Assembly: GCA_965198235.1 (NCBI GenBank)
Contig: OZ240248.1
Location: 640,001-704,000 of the forward strand
From: Candidatus Poribacteria bacterium
GTDB lineage: Bacteria > Poribacteria > WGA-4E > WGA-3G
Direction of reading: 5' to 3'
Length of the DNA: 64,000 nt
Shown: piece after piece, positions 28,383 through 38,354 of the stretch
Numbering within the stretch: the stretch's first letter is position 1
Layout of the letters: the number at the start of each line of letters is the position of its first letter
Translations under genes and position numbers: made by a program
The notes under the pieces: model-generated
Seen by the model: the letters and a program-made list of their open reading frames with translations, nothing else
The model's database searches: none
What the model was told of the DNA's origin: nothing

Positions 28383-31300
28383 CTACCGCTGGCGAATCCA
28401 GCGTTCAACGGGATAGAAGAGAGAGAATAACACAGGTGCTAAGATAAGATTAGCCACCGTTGCCGAGGCGAGTCCCCCGAAGGTAGGAACCGCGATAGGC
28501 TTCATTAATTCCGCACCAGTAGTGGTGCTGATTTCTGCTAACATGATTGGTAATAACGCCAAAATCGTAGTTGCTGTGGTCATGATAATGGGTCGGACGC
28601 GCAATAAGCCAGCATTAATTACCGCTTCGTCAATAGGCTCACCGCCTCGGACGCGTTCCAGTAAATATTCAATTAAGACTATTCCATCTTCAACCGCTAT
28701 CCCAAATAAGGCTATATACCCTACCCACACTGCTGTACTGTACTTAATGGCGTAACCACCGCCAAGTACATCTGGTATATATTTCATCAACCACTGCATC
28801 CACATACCACCGATGAATGCAAAGGGGATCGCAAGAAAGATTGAAAACATCGCAGAAGGCGACTTGAACTGGAGATATAGTAATATAAAAATGGCTGCGA
28901 TACATACTGGTACGACGATTATTAACCGATTGCGAGCCTCAAGCTCAGCTTCGTACTGTCCGCTAAAAGCGTAGAAGTAGCCTTGAGGTAGAGTCGGCTT
29001 AATCTTTTCATCAAGTGTCTTTTGGGCTAATGTGACGAAGTCAACCAGGCCAATGGTGTCAACATCCACATCACAAAAGACGCGAGAAAAGAGTAACGTA
29101 TTTTCGCTCGCGATTTTCGCCGGACCGGGCCGTCTCTCAATTTTCACGAGTTGCTCAAGCGGAATATGCAGTCCTTTTGGTGCTGGCACGAGGACACGCT
29201 TAAGTGCTTCAATATTATCCCGCAATTCTCTCATGTAACGGATACGAATTGGAAATCGCTCCCGTCCCTCAACGGTATAAGTTAGATTCATGCCCCCGAT
29301 GGCTGTCATGATGATTTGTTGTACCGTTCGGATTTGGATGCCGTAGCGCGCGGCTTCCTCGCGGTCAATGTGAAATTCAAGGTACGGCTTATTCCCGATA
29401 CGCTCGGCATAGGGACCCTGTGCTCCTTCAAGTTTAAGGAGTTCCTGCTCAATCCGGACCGCAATCTCTTCAATCTTCGCAAGGTCTTTACCAAACACTT
29501 TAATTCCGATTGGGGTTTGTATACCTGTTGCGAGCATATCAACGCGATTGCGTATAGGTTGCGTCATAATAGGCGAAACGCCTGGCATTCGAGTAGCCTC
29601 TGTCAGTTCGGTGATAAGTTCGTTGCGGTTTTTGGTCCGGAAGTAAGTCTTGTGTTTGAAAGTAGGTTCAATTTCTTCGGCGATCCGATGAAGTTTCACC
29701 TCAGTCTCAGATTCACCTATTTTAACTTGTTCCAATCTCATCCCACTCATCCGTTTTTCAGTGAGGAGTTCTTCTAAAAGGATTCGTAATAACCAGATGC
29801 GATACAGCCGTTCGCGCTCGTCAACTGACAGATAAGAGTTGTGATATGTTGTCGCTAAGGTATCAAATCGTTTTACGGTCGCCGTAACAATATCACCCAG
29901 AAAATCAGCACTAATATGACTGGCATGTTCCTCGCTTATCAGTCCGTCGCGTGTTAAGCGTTGGACAAGATCGAACACAAGCTCCTCTATTAAATTGCGT
30001 TTAATCGCCCGTCGGGGCCACTCCGCTGGATCAATTATATTGACAATAGTTTCAAACATGCCAATTGGGGCAGGGTCGGTTGCTGTTGTCGCTCGTCCCA
30101 ATTTTCCCACCACAAGTGAAACTTCTGGAAATCGATTCATAATCAAATCTTGCTTCGCCATGACATCTTTTGCTTGCGTAATTGAGGCACCGGGAAGCAG
30201 CACCGGCATAAACAGCAGTGCCCCTTCGTTAAGTGGCGGCATGAATTCCTGCCCAATATTTTTATAGAAAGGGGTCAGCGGTATGCTTGCGACAAAAGCA
30301 AGTATCGCCAAGACAACAACAGCGAGTTTAGTCCAAATATTTCTTACAGCCAACCGAATAATCGGACGATAGATGGTTCTGAGCACCCACGTAATCCCAT
30401 CGGCTAACTTTCTCAGGGGCCAGCTGAGTAGCGCAAAGAACTGTGCTATTAGTTTGGAAACCACACCTGTCCGGGTACGGGTTGGGTCCGTGAGTAGAAT
30501 TGATGCTAAAACCGGGACCAGGCTAATCGCTATGAGGGCTGCACCAAGCATAGCGAAAGTTTTTGTATAGGCAAGCGGTTTGAAGAGTTTACCCGCTTGG
30601 CCGGTAAGAGAAAAGACAGGTATGAAGGCAACGATAACAATGAGCATTGCAAAGAAAATGGGTGGACCCACCTCTTTAGCGGCACGGGTTGCAACTTGAA
30701 GTTTGCTTTCACCTGGGTGCGGTTCTCGCAAATGTCGCGTGATATTTTCTGTCATCACAATACCGGCATCCACCATCACCCCAATCGCGATGGCGATGCC
30801 CCCCATCGACATGATGTTCGATGGTAAACCAATAATTCGCATACCGACAAACGAAAGCAGAACCCCCATCGGTAAGACAAGTGCTATTATCAAACTACCT
30901 GAAACTTGCCCCAAGAAAAGCAGGATAACAACTGCAGCAACGATGATTTCCTCTGTCAACGTTTCCTTCAGCGTGTCTGTTGCGCGGTGAATGAGATGGC
31001 TCCGGTCGTAGAACGGGACAATTCGGACACCTGATGGAAGTCCAGGCATGAGCTCCGCTATTTTCGCTTTGACATTCTCAATCACACGCAACGGATTATC
31101 ACCATACCGCATTAGCACAACCCCGCCGGTTGCCGGGATGCCTGCTTTGTCTAAAGCACCGCGCCGAAAGTCGGGACCTTCGCTGACTGTTCCAAGGTTT
31201 TTGACGTAGATGGGTACGCCGTTATGCTCCTTGACAACGATGTTTTCTATGTCCGCGATGCTTTTGATGAAGCCCACGCCTCGAATCAGGAGCTCCATTC

Positions 31301-32051
31301 CGCCTTCTTCAATAACCTTTGCCCCAACATCAAGATTGCTCCCACGGATAGCGTTGTAAACCGCTGATAACGGCACATTATACGCTAATAGGGTGTTCGG
31401 ATCGATGTCAATCTGATACTGTTTAACATATCCACCAACTGAGGCAACCTCGGAAACGCCATCGGCAGAGGCGAGATAGTAACGAACCGTCCAGTCTTGG
31501 AGTGTCCGAAGTTCATGAAGCTCCAAATTGGAAGCAACAAGCGTCTCTCCATCTTCCGGACAGGTGCCCGGCTCGGCATAGCGCGCCGTCGGATGATTAG
31601 GGCAATAGTACCCATTTTCAACGGTATACCAAAATACCTGTCCGACACCCGTCGCATCGGGACCGAGGATCGGCACAACACCCTCTGGCATGTCTTTTTG
31701 TGCAAGATTCATACGCTCCAGTACACGCGTGCGTGCCCAATAGAAATCGACATCATCTTTGAAGATAATGTTAATGTAGCCAAAGCTAAACATTGAAGTT
31801 GAGCGAACATCTTTGATATCGGGAATGCCAAGCATGGTAATGCTCAACGGATAGATAACTTGATCTTCAATATCTCGTGGGCTTCGTCCGGGCCAATCCG
31901 CGAAGACAATAACTTGGTTTTCGCCGATGTCCGGCATAGCATCAATTGGTGTCCGGTTCAATGCCCACCAACCCGCCATCGTGACAAAGACAAAAATAAC
32001 TAATACCAACAGGCGGTTTTTCATACAGATTTCAATAATTCGGTTAATCAT
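28383..32051 (-). CDS. cusA: CusA/CzcA heavy-metal efflux RND permease with insertions
   Basis: DAMPDIGENQVI, LGPDATGVGQV, GIAIAIGVMVDA and R.RPI.MT motifs. Confidence 0.92.
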   Translation of the reverse strand: MINRIIEICMKNRLLVLVIFVFVTMAGWWALNRTPIDAMPDIGENQVIVFADWPGRSPRDIEDQVIYPLSITMLGIPDIKDVRSTSMFSFGYINIIFKDDVDFYWARTRVLERMNLAQKDMPEGVVPILGPDATGVGQVFWYTVENGYYCPNHPTARYAEPGTCPEDGETLVASNLELHELRTLQDWTVRYYLASADGVSEVASVGGYVKQYQIDIDPNTLLAYNVPLSAVYNAIRGSNLDVGAKVIEEGGMELLIRGVGFIKSIADIENIVVKEHNGVPIYVKNLGTVSEGPDFRRGALDKAGIPATGGVVLMRYGDNPLRVIENVKAKIAELMPGLPSGVRIVPFYDRSHLIHRATDTLKETLTEEIIVAAVVILLFLGQVSGSLIIALVLPMGVLLSFVGMRIIGLPSNIMSMGGIAIAIGVMVDAGIVMTENITRHLREPHPGESKLQVATRAAKEVGPPIFFAMLIVIVAFIPVFSLTGQAGKLFKPLAYTKTFAMLGAALIAISLVPVLASILLTDPTRTRTGVVSKLIAQFFALLSWPLRKLADGITWVLRTIYRPIIRLAVRNIWTKLAVVVLAILAFVASIPLTPFYKNIGQEFMPPLNEGALLFMPVLLPGASITQAKDVMAKQDLIMNRFPEVSLVVGKLGRATTATDPAPIGMFETIVNIIDPAEWPRRAIKRNLIEELVFDLVQRLTRDGLISEEHASHISADFLGDIVTATVKRFDTLATTYHNSYLSVDERERLYRIWLLRILLEELLTEKRMSGMRLEQVKIGESETEVKLHRIAEEIEPTFKHKTYFRTKNRNELITELTEATRMPGVSPIMTQPIRNRVDMLATGIQTPIGIKVFGKDLAKIEEIAVRIEQELLKLEGAQGPYAERIGNKPYLEFHIDREEAARYGIQIRTVQQIIMTAIGGMNLTYTVEGRERFPIRIRYMRELRDNIEALKRVLVPAPKGLHIPLEQLVKIERRPGPAKIASENTLLFSRVFCDVDVDTIGLVDFVTLAQKTLDEKIKPTLPQGYFYAFSGQYEAELEARNRLIIVVPVCIAAIFILLYLQFKSPSAMFSIFLAIPFAFIGGMWMQWLMKYIPDVLGGGYAIKYSTAVWVGYIALFGIAVEDGIVLIEYLLERVRGGEPIDEAVINAGLLRVRPIIMTTATTILALLPIMLAEISTTTGAELMKPIAVPTFGGLASATVANLILAPVLFSLFYPVERWIRQR

Positions 32052-32152
32052 GCTCTCTCTCACTTCTTGTAGATGTGTTTTGTCGAGGCAATCTTACTCT
32101 TAAGAATAATTTGTGCTCGCAAATTCAGATTACGGCTAAAGGAACCCTCAGA

Positions 32153-34036
32153 CTAATGCTGATGAACAGGCGCGGTTGATTCTTCACCGCCGAGTGCCCC
32201 GCCGTAAGCACCGGATGCGGAACCTGTTAATTGCGTCTGCGAATCTATCAGGAAGTTGCCATGAGTGACAACCATATCACCAAGGGTAAGACCACTCACA
32301 ATAGGATAGTATCGGCGTTTGGTTTCTGAGTCGCCCGTTGTTCCCCAAGCTTCGGGACCCACCTTAACTTCAATCTGTTCATAACCTGATTCACCGCGAT
32401 CCACGAAGACTATTTTCCGTAAACCGGTGTCAATGACCGCACTCTTGGGAATAGTTAGAACTTCACCTGTCATGTGGAGCGGTTTTCCATCACGTGGACA
32501 CAGCCCTGGGACGGTTGCATACTCGTCAGGATGGTCAGGACACACGTATTTGAAAATCAATGGTGGCTGATCTGCGTGGAGGGAAGGCGAGGGCGCGAGT
32601 TGATGGGCATGAGAATGGGCACCAGTTGTTGACTGTTTTTCAACGAGATCCATACCGCAGATAGAACACTCTCCAAATTCGTCAGACTGCACTTCGGGAT
32701 GCATCGGACAGGTCCACGCAGATGCTGTCGTCTCTGTGGGTGTAGATGCTTTCGCTCTTTCAACAAGATCCATACCACAGATAGAGCATTCACTGAATTC
32801 CTCAGACTGCACTTCGGGATGCATCGGGCAAACCCACTTCCCCTCTGTTTCAGGTGCCGATTCAGGCCCAATGATATCGGAATGTGTCGGTTCCAGATCC
32901 ATGCCACATATCTCACACTCAGCGGGATGTTCAGACGTAACCCATGGATGCATCGGACACGCATACGGGGCTTCTGAGATGGCTCCATGGGTATAGATTT
33001 CTGCAAGTGTCGGTTTTATTTGAAGGGTCACATACATCCCTGGACGGAGCCGTCCGGTCGGATTGGGGACTTCTATCTGGACCTTCTGAGTTCGCGTTTG
33101 CGTGTCAAAGAACGGATAGATATAGGTAACTTTGCCAGAAAACGCTAACCCAGGCATCGATTGCGTCGTAATTTCAACCGCCTGCCCCATGTAAATCCAC
33201 GGCAGTTCATACTCGTAAACGTCCGCCATAATCCATAAACTATTAAGGTCGGCAATGCGGTAAAGATTCATACCCTTGTTCACGTGTTGACCTTGCGTGA
33301 CGTTCATGTGAACCACAGTCCCAGCCATCGGTGCGAACAGTGGTAACGTTGTACTGACTTCTCCGCGGTCGCGTATCCCTTCAATTTGGCTTAAGGTCAA
33401 TCCGTACAATTCAAGTTTGGATTTCGCAGCGTTAAGTGTCTGTTCAACCGATCTGCGCAGTTCCGCGTATTCCGTGTTTTGAAGTTCCTCAATACTTTTA
33501 AGTGCTGTCAAATATTCTTCTTGTGCTATGACCAATTCCGGGCTGTAGATAGACAAGAGTTCATCGCCCTTACGCACTTTGATACCTGTGAAATCGATGT
33601 GCAAGTCCTCAATCCATCCGGAAACTCGTATTGAAGCATAAGCCATACGTGTCTCATTGTAATCAAGAACACCGACGGTTCGGATTTCACGCGAAACTTC
33701 GCGGAAAGCAACAGGTTCGGTACGCACAGGAATCAGTGCCTTCTGCTGCTCAGTTAGCTCCAGTCCTGAACCTTCGTAAATAGGAATCAGATCCATCTTA
33801 CAAACTGGACAGCTGCCAGATTCTGACATTTTGACTGCTGGGTGCATAACACACGTCCAGAAACGAATCTTTTTTGCTTCATCTGAGGATGCTACCATTG
33901 GCTCATGGTCGGCATGTTTATTCATACCTGACATCGTGTTTTCCGATGTTGTTTCAGGTTTCTCTTGCTGACTACAGCCGAATATAAATAGCAGAGTAAT
34001 TATCAGTGCGGTTGCGAGGCAGAAATTTTTAGGCAT
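32153..34036 (-). CDS. cusB: CusB-like RND membrane-fusion lipoprotein with five heavy-metal-binding repeats
   Basis: Lipobox IFGC; SGWIE.L, YSPEL, LRPGMY and GNFLIDS motifs; CxMHP...C..C.M.L repeats; AGGAG RBS. Confidence 0.88.
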   Translation of the reverse strand: MPKNFCLATALIITLLFIFGCSQQEKPETTSENTMSGMNKHADHEPMVASSDEAKKIRFWTCVMHPAVKMSESGSCPVCKMDLIPIYEGSGLELTEQQKALIPVRTEPVAFREVSREIRTVGVLDYNETRMAYASIRVSGWIEDLHIDFTGIKVRKGDELLSIYSPELVIAQEEYLTALKSIEELQNTEYAELRRSVEQTLNAAKSKLELYGLTLSQIEGIRDRGEVSTTLPLFAPMAGTVVHMNVTQGQHVNKGMNLYRIADLNSLWIMADVYEYELPWIYMGQAVEITTQSMPGLAFSGKVTYIYPFFDTQTRTQKVQIEVPNPTGRLRPGMYVTLQIKPTLAEIYTHGAISEAPYACPMHPWVTSEHPAECEICGMDLEPTHSDIIGPESAPETEGKWVCPMHPEVQSEEFSECSICGMDLVERAKASTPTETTASAWTCPMHPEVQSDEFGECSICGMDLVEKQSTTGAHSHAHQLAPSPSLHADQPPLIFKYVCPDHPDEYATVPGLCPRDGKPLHMTGEVLTIPKSAVIDTGLRKIVFVDRGESGYEQIEVKVGPEAWGTTGDSETKRRYYPIVSGLTLGDMVVTHGNFLIDSQTQLTGSASGAYGGALGGEESTAPVHQH

Positions 34037-34142
34037 TTTGTGAACTCCTTGTATTGTTTGCATCGTAGTTTTATAAGCCAAATGCGCGTCTCCGAGAAGA
34101 AATTAGTAATTGACGAACGCTAAAATCTTACACAAGGAAAGG

Positions 34143-35858
34143 CTACTCTCGGATCAGTGGTTGTTTGGGCAATATCATGCCAACCGCCTGTTCTAATTGT
34201 GTGAGATGTTGGTGATAATCACGCAATGCTCGATGCTCTTCAATTCTCAAATTTAACAAAGTGCGCTGGGCATCAAGAAAACTCAAAAAGTCAATTTGCG
34301 CTGTTTGATAGGCTGTATTCGCGGCATCCAACGCTTGCTGTGCTTGCGGAAGCAGCACCTGGCGATAGAGGCGAACACTCCGATCTGCTGTTTCCATTCC
34401 AAAATGATGTTTTTTCACAACAAAACGGAGCTTGCTCTCAAGTTCTTCAATTCGATGCTTCACCGCTTCAATTTTTACATTCACTTCATGGATGTACGAA
34501 TTTCGGTGGCCGAACCACGCTGCATTTGTCGGATTTAATGTGCGCTGCGTCATAAAAGTCACCGGCATTTTTTGTGTGTGTTTCAAGTCCGCCATGCTCC
34601 GGTTTTCAAAGTAACTTGCCCCGAGGGTCGGATCAGGATATGTCATCTGTTTTGCCATTTCCACAGCCAAGCCCATTTTACTGATTACCAACTTCTGTTT
34701 TTGGATCTCTTGACGTTTCTGAACTGCTAATTCATACAACTCCGCCAAAGTAGATATAACACGTTCCTCTTCAATTGGTACAGGAATTCCTAACGGCAAA
34801 TCTGCTGAAGCGTTCAATAACGTATTAAGACGCGCAATGATAGTTTCCCGTTGTTGTTCAAGCGTAATAATCACGTTCGCCGACTTCGATAACTCCACCT
34901 GTGCCATAATAACGTTTGAATATTTGCCTTGTCCGACACGAAACTTCGTCTGGGCAATGGCAATCATCTGCTGCAGTAATTTCTGATTTTCTTCGTTAAT
35001 ACGGGTTGCCTCAACGACAAAAAGATAATCGTAGTAAGCTAACTTGATCTCGGTCACCAGGTCTCGTAGGGCGATTTCAAAATCTTTTTGGGCGATTAGC
35101 ACATCTTCAGTGATGACCTGTCCTTTCAACGCTAAGGTATCTGGAAACGGAAATTCCATTGCCATCATCTCTTTATGCCGCATCGGTCCAACCTTCGTAT
35201 CAAGTTGTTTCGTGAAAGCGTTATACTGCCGTAACACATTCTCCAAGTAGACGGCTTGCGGATATTGCTCCAGTATCGCCCGAATTTTTTCACGGGCAGA
35301 TTTCAACCCCGAGCTCCATTCGTATCCAAGTGCCACAAGGAGTTCCAACGCAATAGGTTCAGCAAGTCGGGCTCTTGCGGCTTCAGGTGACGCTGCCAAT
35401 TGCCGATAGGCTTTCATCGTGTCTGTTGAAAGATCGTAAAATAGATTTGGCATCGGTGTTTCACTTTCTAATTGAGCTTCCCACTGTTTCTGGTACTTCA
35501 ACACCTTCGCTTCAATTTCGCTGAGAAACTGGTCTGATTCCACGATCGGATCGCTTTCAGTATTAGAAACCTTTTTTTCTACTTCCGTATAGTAGTAGGC
35601 AGATTGTTGTATCTTAGTACCACGCAATTCTTGATACGTTTCCAATCGATGATTTGCACACCCGCTTACCAGAACAGTCAGCATTATAAGACTGATGAGT
35701 AGGGTAACAGAACACTTACGATAGTAAAACCGGTGGTGATATAGTGTGCTCGAAGCGGCGTTATGTCGGATATGTATGAAAAGCACAACTATAGGCACAA
35801 ACAGATCTCGCAATCTGCCTTTATTGCACAGTATGTGAATCATCGATCTTTCCTCCAA
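34143..35858 (-). CDS. TolC family outer-membrane efflux protein (true start probably downstream)
   Basis: FPFP, AYYDY and DFLSFLDAQR OEP motifs; lipobox-like VSGC. Confidence 0.8.
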   Translation of the reverse strand: MEERSMIHILCNKGRLRDLFVPIVVLFIHIRHNAASSTLYHHRFYYRKCSVTLLISLIMLTVLVSGCANHRLETYQELRGTKIQQSAYYYTEVEKKVSNTESDPIVESDQFLSEIEAKVLKYQKQWEAQLESETPMPNLFYDLSTDTMKAYRQLAASPEAARARLAEPIALELLVALGYEWSSGLKSAREKIRAILEQYPQAVYLENVLRQYNAFTKQLDTKVGPMRHKEMMAMEFPFPDTLALKGQVITEDVLIAQKDFEIALRDLVTEIKLAYYDYLFVVEATRINEENQKLLQQMIAIAQTKFRVGQGKYSNVIMAQVELSKSANVIITLEQQRETIIARLNTLLNASADLPLGIPVPIEEERVISTLAELYELAVQKRQEIQKQKLVISKMGLAVEMAKQMTYPDPTLGASYFENRSMADLKHTQKMPVTFMTQRTLNPTNAAWFGHRNSYIHEVNVKIEAVKHRIEELESKLRFVVKKHHFGMETADRSVRLYRQVLLPQAQQALDAANTAYQTAQIDFLSFLDAQRTLLNLRIEEHRALRDYHQHLTQLEQAVGMILPKQPLIRE

Positions 35859-37176
35859 CCAACTGCTCCAACCGAGCGAGATTCTGTTGATAGTCTACAA
35901 TCGCACGCAGCCGAGCGAGATTAAAATTTAACCAAACACTCTGCGTCTCAAGAAATCCTGTAATGCTCTTAGGACCTTCTTGATGCCACGTCTCAGCAAC
36001 TTCAATAGCAGCACCAGCTTGCGGAATAAGCGTGGTTTCATAGAGCTCGACAAGCCGCCGAGCGTTTTCAAGACGAAAATAAACCTTCTGGAGGGCAACT
36101 TTGGTTTCATCCTCCAAGACGCGCTTGTTCGCTGTGACAACTTCATGATTTTGCTGCGCTTCGCGAATCTTGCTACTGTTCTTCAAATCTGACCACGGAA
36201 TTGTCACACCAAAACCGATGCTAAACGGGTTTTTACCACTGCCAGGTGCGTCTAACATCAAAGCTTCACCCGTTTCTATTGTCATTAAGTCAAACTTAAG
36301 CATGGGCTTGGTTTGGAGCTCGGCAAGAGCAATCCCCTCGGTGGCTTTTTCGATAGTCAACGCCGCAATTCGCAACTCCTGTCGTTTTGCTAATGCCTGT
36401 TTTTCCACATCGGCTAACGCCACATCAAGAGGCTCGTAAGCAATAGGCACTGTTGCACCAAGCGACGTTGTTGAAGGAACAGACAGGATTCCATTGATGT
36501 TGGCATGTTCAACGCGCTGTAATTCCTTCAGCAGAATAAGATCATATTTCAACTGTGCAAGTTGGCTTTGTGCCTTCAACACATCATTGAGTGTTGTCTT
36601 TCCTTCCGCATAACGTGTGGTTGCAATCGCGAGAATAGAGGCTATCAGTTCATGATTTTGCCGTGTCAGCTCGACCGCCCGTTGGAGATACGCCAATTCG
36701 TGATAACTTAGTTTTAGTTCAACAATGAGATCTCGTACCACCTGCTCGTGCTTCACGCGCTCAATTTCTATTGCCTTTTTGACGACCTCCCCAGCTGCAT
36801 CAAGCGTACCAGGGTATGGAAATGTTTGTGAAAAACTAACTCGATGGCGTTGAGGTCCAACTCTCGTCTCCACGCTTCGCATGTAATAGCCGTACATGAA
36901 CATCGGATCGGGCAATGCTGTCACTTGTGGGTACTGTTCAATTGTCGCTTGCCACCGTGCCTTTGCCGCTCTAACTTTTGGATTCCGCTCAACCGCAACC
37001 CGAATTAAGCTCGGCAACTCAAGCGTTTCAGTAAATAGAGTCGTCACATCGGTTTGTTCCAGGGTTGACGCTGTCTGAGTTATCCCATGTGCTTCCGTTG
37101 GCACCAGGACTTGTAACACCATCATACTTCCGATAACAATAACCGCTAATCGATATAGTAAATTAACGCCACGCAT
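35821..37176 (-). CDS. TolC family outer-membrane efflux protein (CzcC/CusC-like)
   Basis: A..RNP, LPDPM, SQTFPYPG and LEQLVG motifs; AAGGAG RBS. Confidence 0.88.
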   Translation of the reverse strand: MRGVNLLYRLAVIVIGSMMVLQVLVPTEAHGITQTASTLEQTDVTTLFTETLELPSLIRVAVERNPKVRAAKARWQATIEQYPQVTALPDPMFMYGYYMRSVETRVGPQRHRVSFSQTFPYPGTLDAAGEVVKKAIEIERVKHEQVVRDLIVELKLSYHELAYLQRAVELTRQNHELIASILAIATTRYAEGKTTLNDVLKAQSQLAQLKYDLILLKELQRVEHANINGILSVPSTTSLGATVPIAYEPLDVALADVEKQALAKRQELRIAALTIEKATEGIALAELQTKPMLKFDLMTIETGEALMLDAPGSGKNPFSIGFGVTIPWSDLKNSSKIREAQQNHEVVTANKRVLEDETKVALQKVYFRLENARRLVELYETTLIPQAGAAIEVAETWHQEGPKSITGFLETQSVWLNFNLARLRAIVDYQQNLARLEQLVGGKIDDSHTVQ

Positions 37177-37202
37177 TATCGTCTCCTTGAGAGGATAGGT
37201 AA

Positions 37203-37309
37203 TTCAGTTTTCAGTTTCGCACGAATTGTCATTACACGGCTCGCTCCTACCATAGAGCGGCGATCGGAAAATTGCAGTAGTGACAATACGCAGACAACTG
37301 AGAACTGAA
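37203..37309. repeat. long imperfect palindrome (MITE/REP-like)
   Basis: Outer arms TTCAGTTTTCAGTT/AACTGAGAACTGAA; inner arms ATTGTCATTAC/GTAGTGACAAT. Confidence 0.6.
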
Positions 37310-37393
37310 CACCATATTTGAGGAGCCGTATTCGGAGCTTTCTCTAACGGGAGGCATCGTGCTCAGAACCTGCTCCTATCAGACTCGACGAAA

Positions 37394-38023
37394 TTAAAGT
37401 GAAATCTTGACAGCTGGGCTCGTCACGCGAACGCGGACCTCATGTTCTGTGCCTTTTGGCATAGCAATGAACCCTTCGTAGGTGTGCGTCATTTTGCTAT
37501 ATTTTAGTAGTGCCATCTTCGTTTCCGCTTCGGTATTGGTAACCTGAATGGCGAGTTTAACATCACCTAACGCAATCTCCCCATGATCTTGCGTCGGATA
37601 TATACTGAAATAGTGCGTTTTTCCCTTAATCTCGTCGGTTTTTATCATGCCCTCCATTCCCATGTGAGACATCATCTTCCTGTGCGCATCTATAGTGAGT
37701 ACGTTGAGATCAAATGTCAAATTTCCCACTGAAATTGTTTGGAGGTACTTATCTGGATTCGCCTTGAACATCTCTGCCTGCATATGGTTGCAGAAGTAGT
37801 AGGCTTTTCCGTCCTGTTCAACTTTCATCATTGCTGAAGGCTTCATCATCATGCCGTCAACTGTGCAACGCACCTTTTCAGCAGCAGCTGTATGCGCGCT
37901 GTGATGGTGGCCCTCATGCTTTTTGTGCGCGTCTTCTGCCTTAAGCGAAAAGACTGAGAACAGCAGCACGGCTGGGATTGCCAGGAAAGATGCGACGATT
38001 CGCCGCGTCAATTTAATTTTCAT
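37394..38023 (-). CDS. periplasmic His/Met-rich YHS-domain metal-binding protein
   Basis: Signal peptide; HKKHEGHHH; CTVDGM...GKAYYFC...F.ANPDKY YHS motif. Confidence 0.82.
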   Translation of the reverse strand: MKIKLTRRIVASFLAIPAVLLFSVFSLKAEDAHKKHEGHHHSAHTAAAEKVRCTVDGMMMKPSAMMKVEQDGKAYYFCNHMQAEMFKANPDKYLQTISVGNLTFDLNVLTIDAHRKMMSHMGMEGMIKTDEIKGKTHYFSIYPTQDHGEIALGDVKLAIQVTNTEAETKMALLKYSKMTHTYEGFIAMPKGTEHEVRVRVTSPAVKISL

Positions 38024-38354
38024 GTGTTTCTCCTTTTTTATTTTGTTTTACTTGTTGTCCAGCATTATTACATGAAAGTTTTTTGCTGGGATTTGGCCGG
38101 TGTGCTGACAGACAGATACAACACACTACACAGCATACTCAAAAGAAACTTGTCAGTTAACACAGTATGCTAACGGTTATCGCCGCTATGTAATATAGGT
38201 AGGCAACTTTGCCATAGAACGAAAAATCGCGCTACAGGTTTATTAACAGTTCTGCTTGTAAACTTTCATGAAAAGAAAGCTCGGGAAAACGCTATAAAAA
38301 AATAATGGAATCAAGGAATAGGTGAGTGCTTGAAGAATTCCTAGTGGAACTCAC

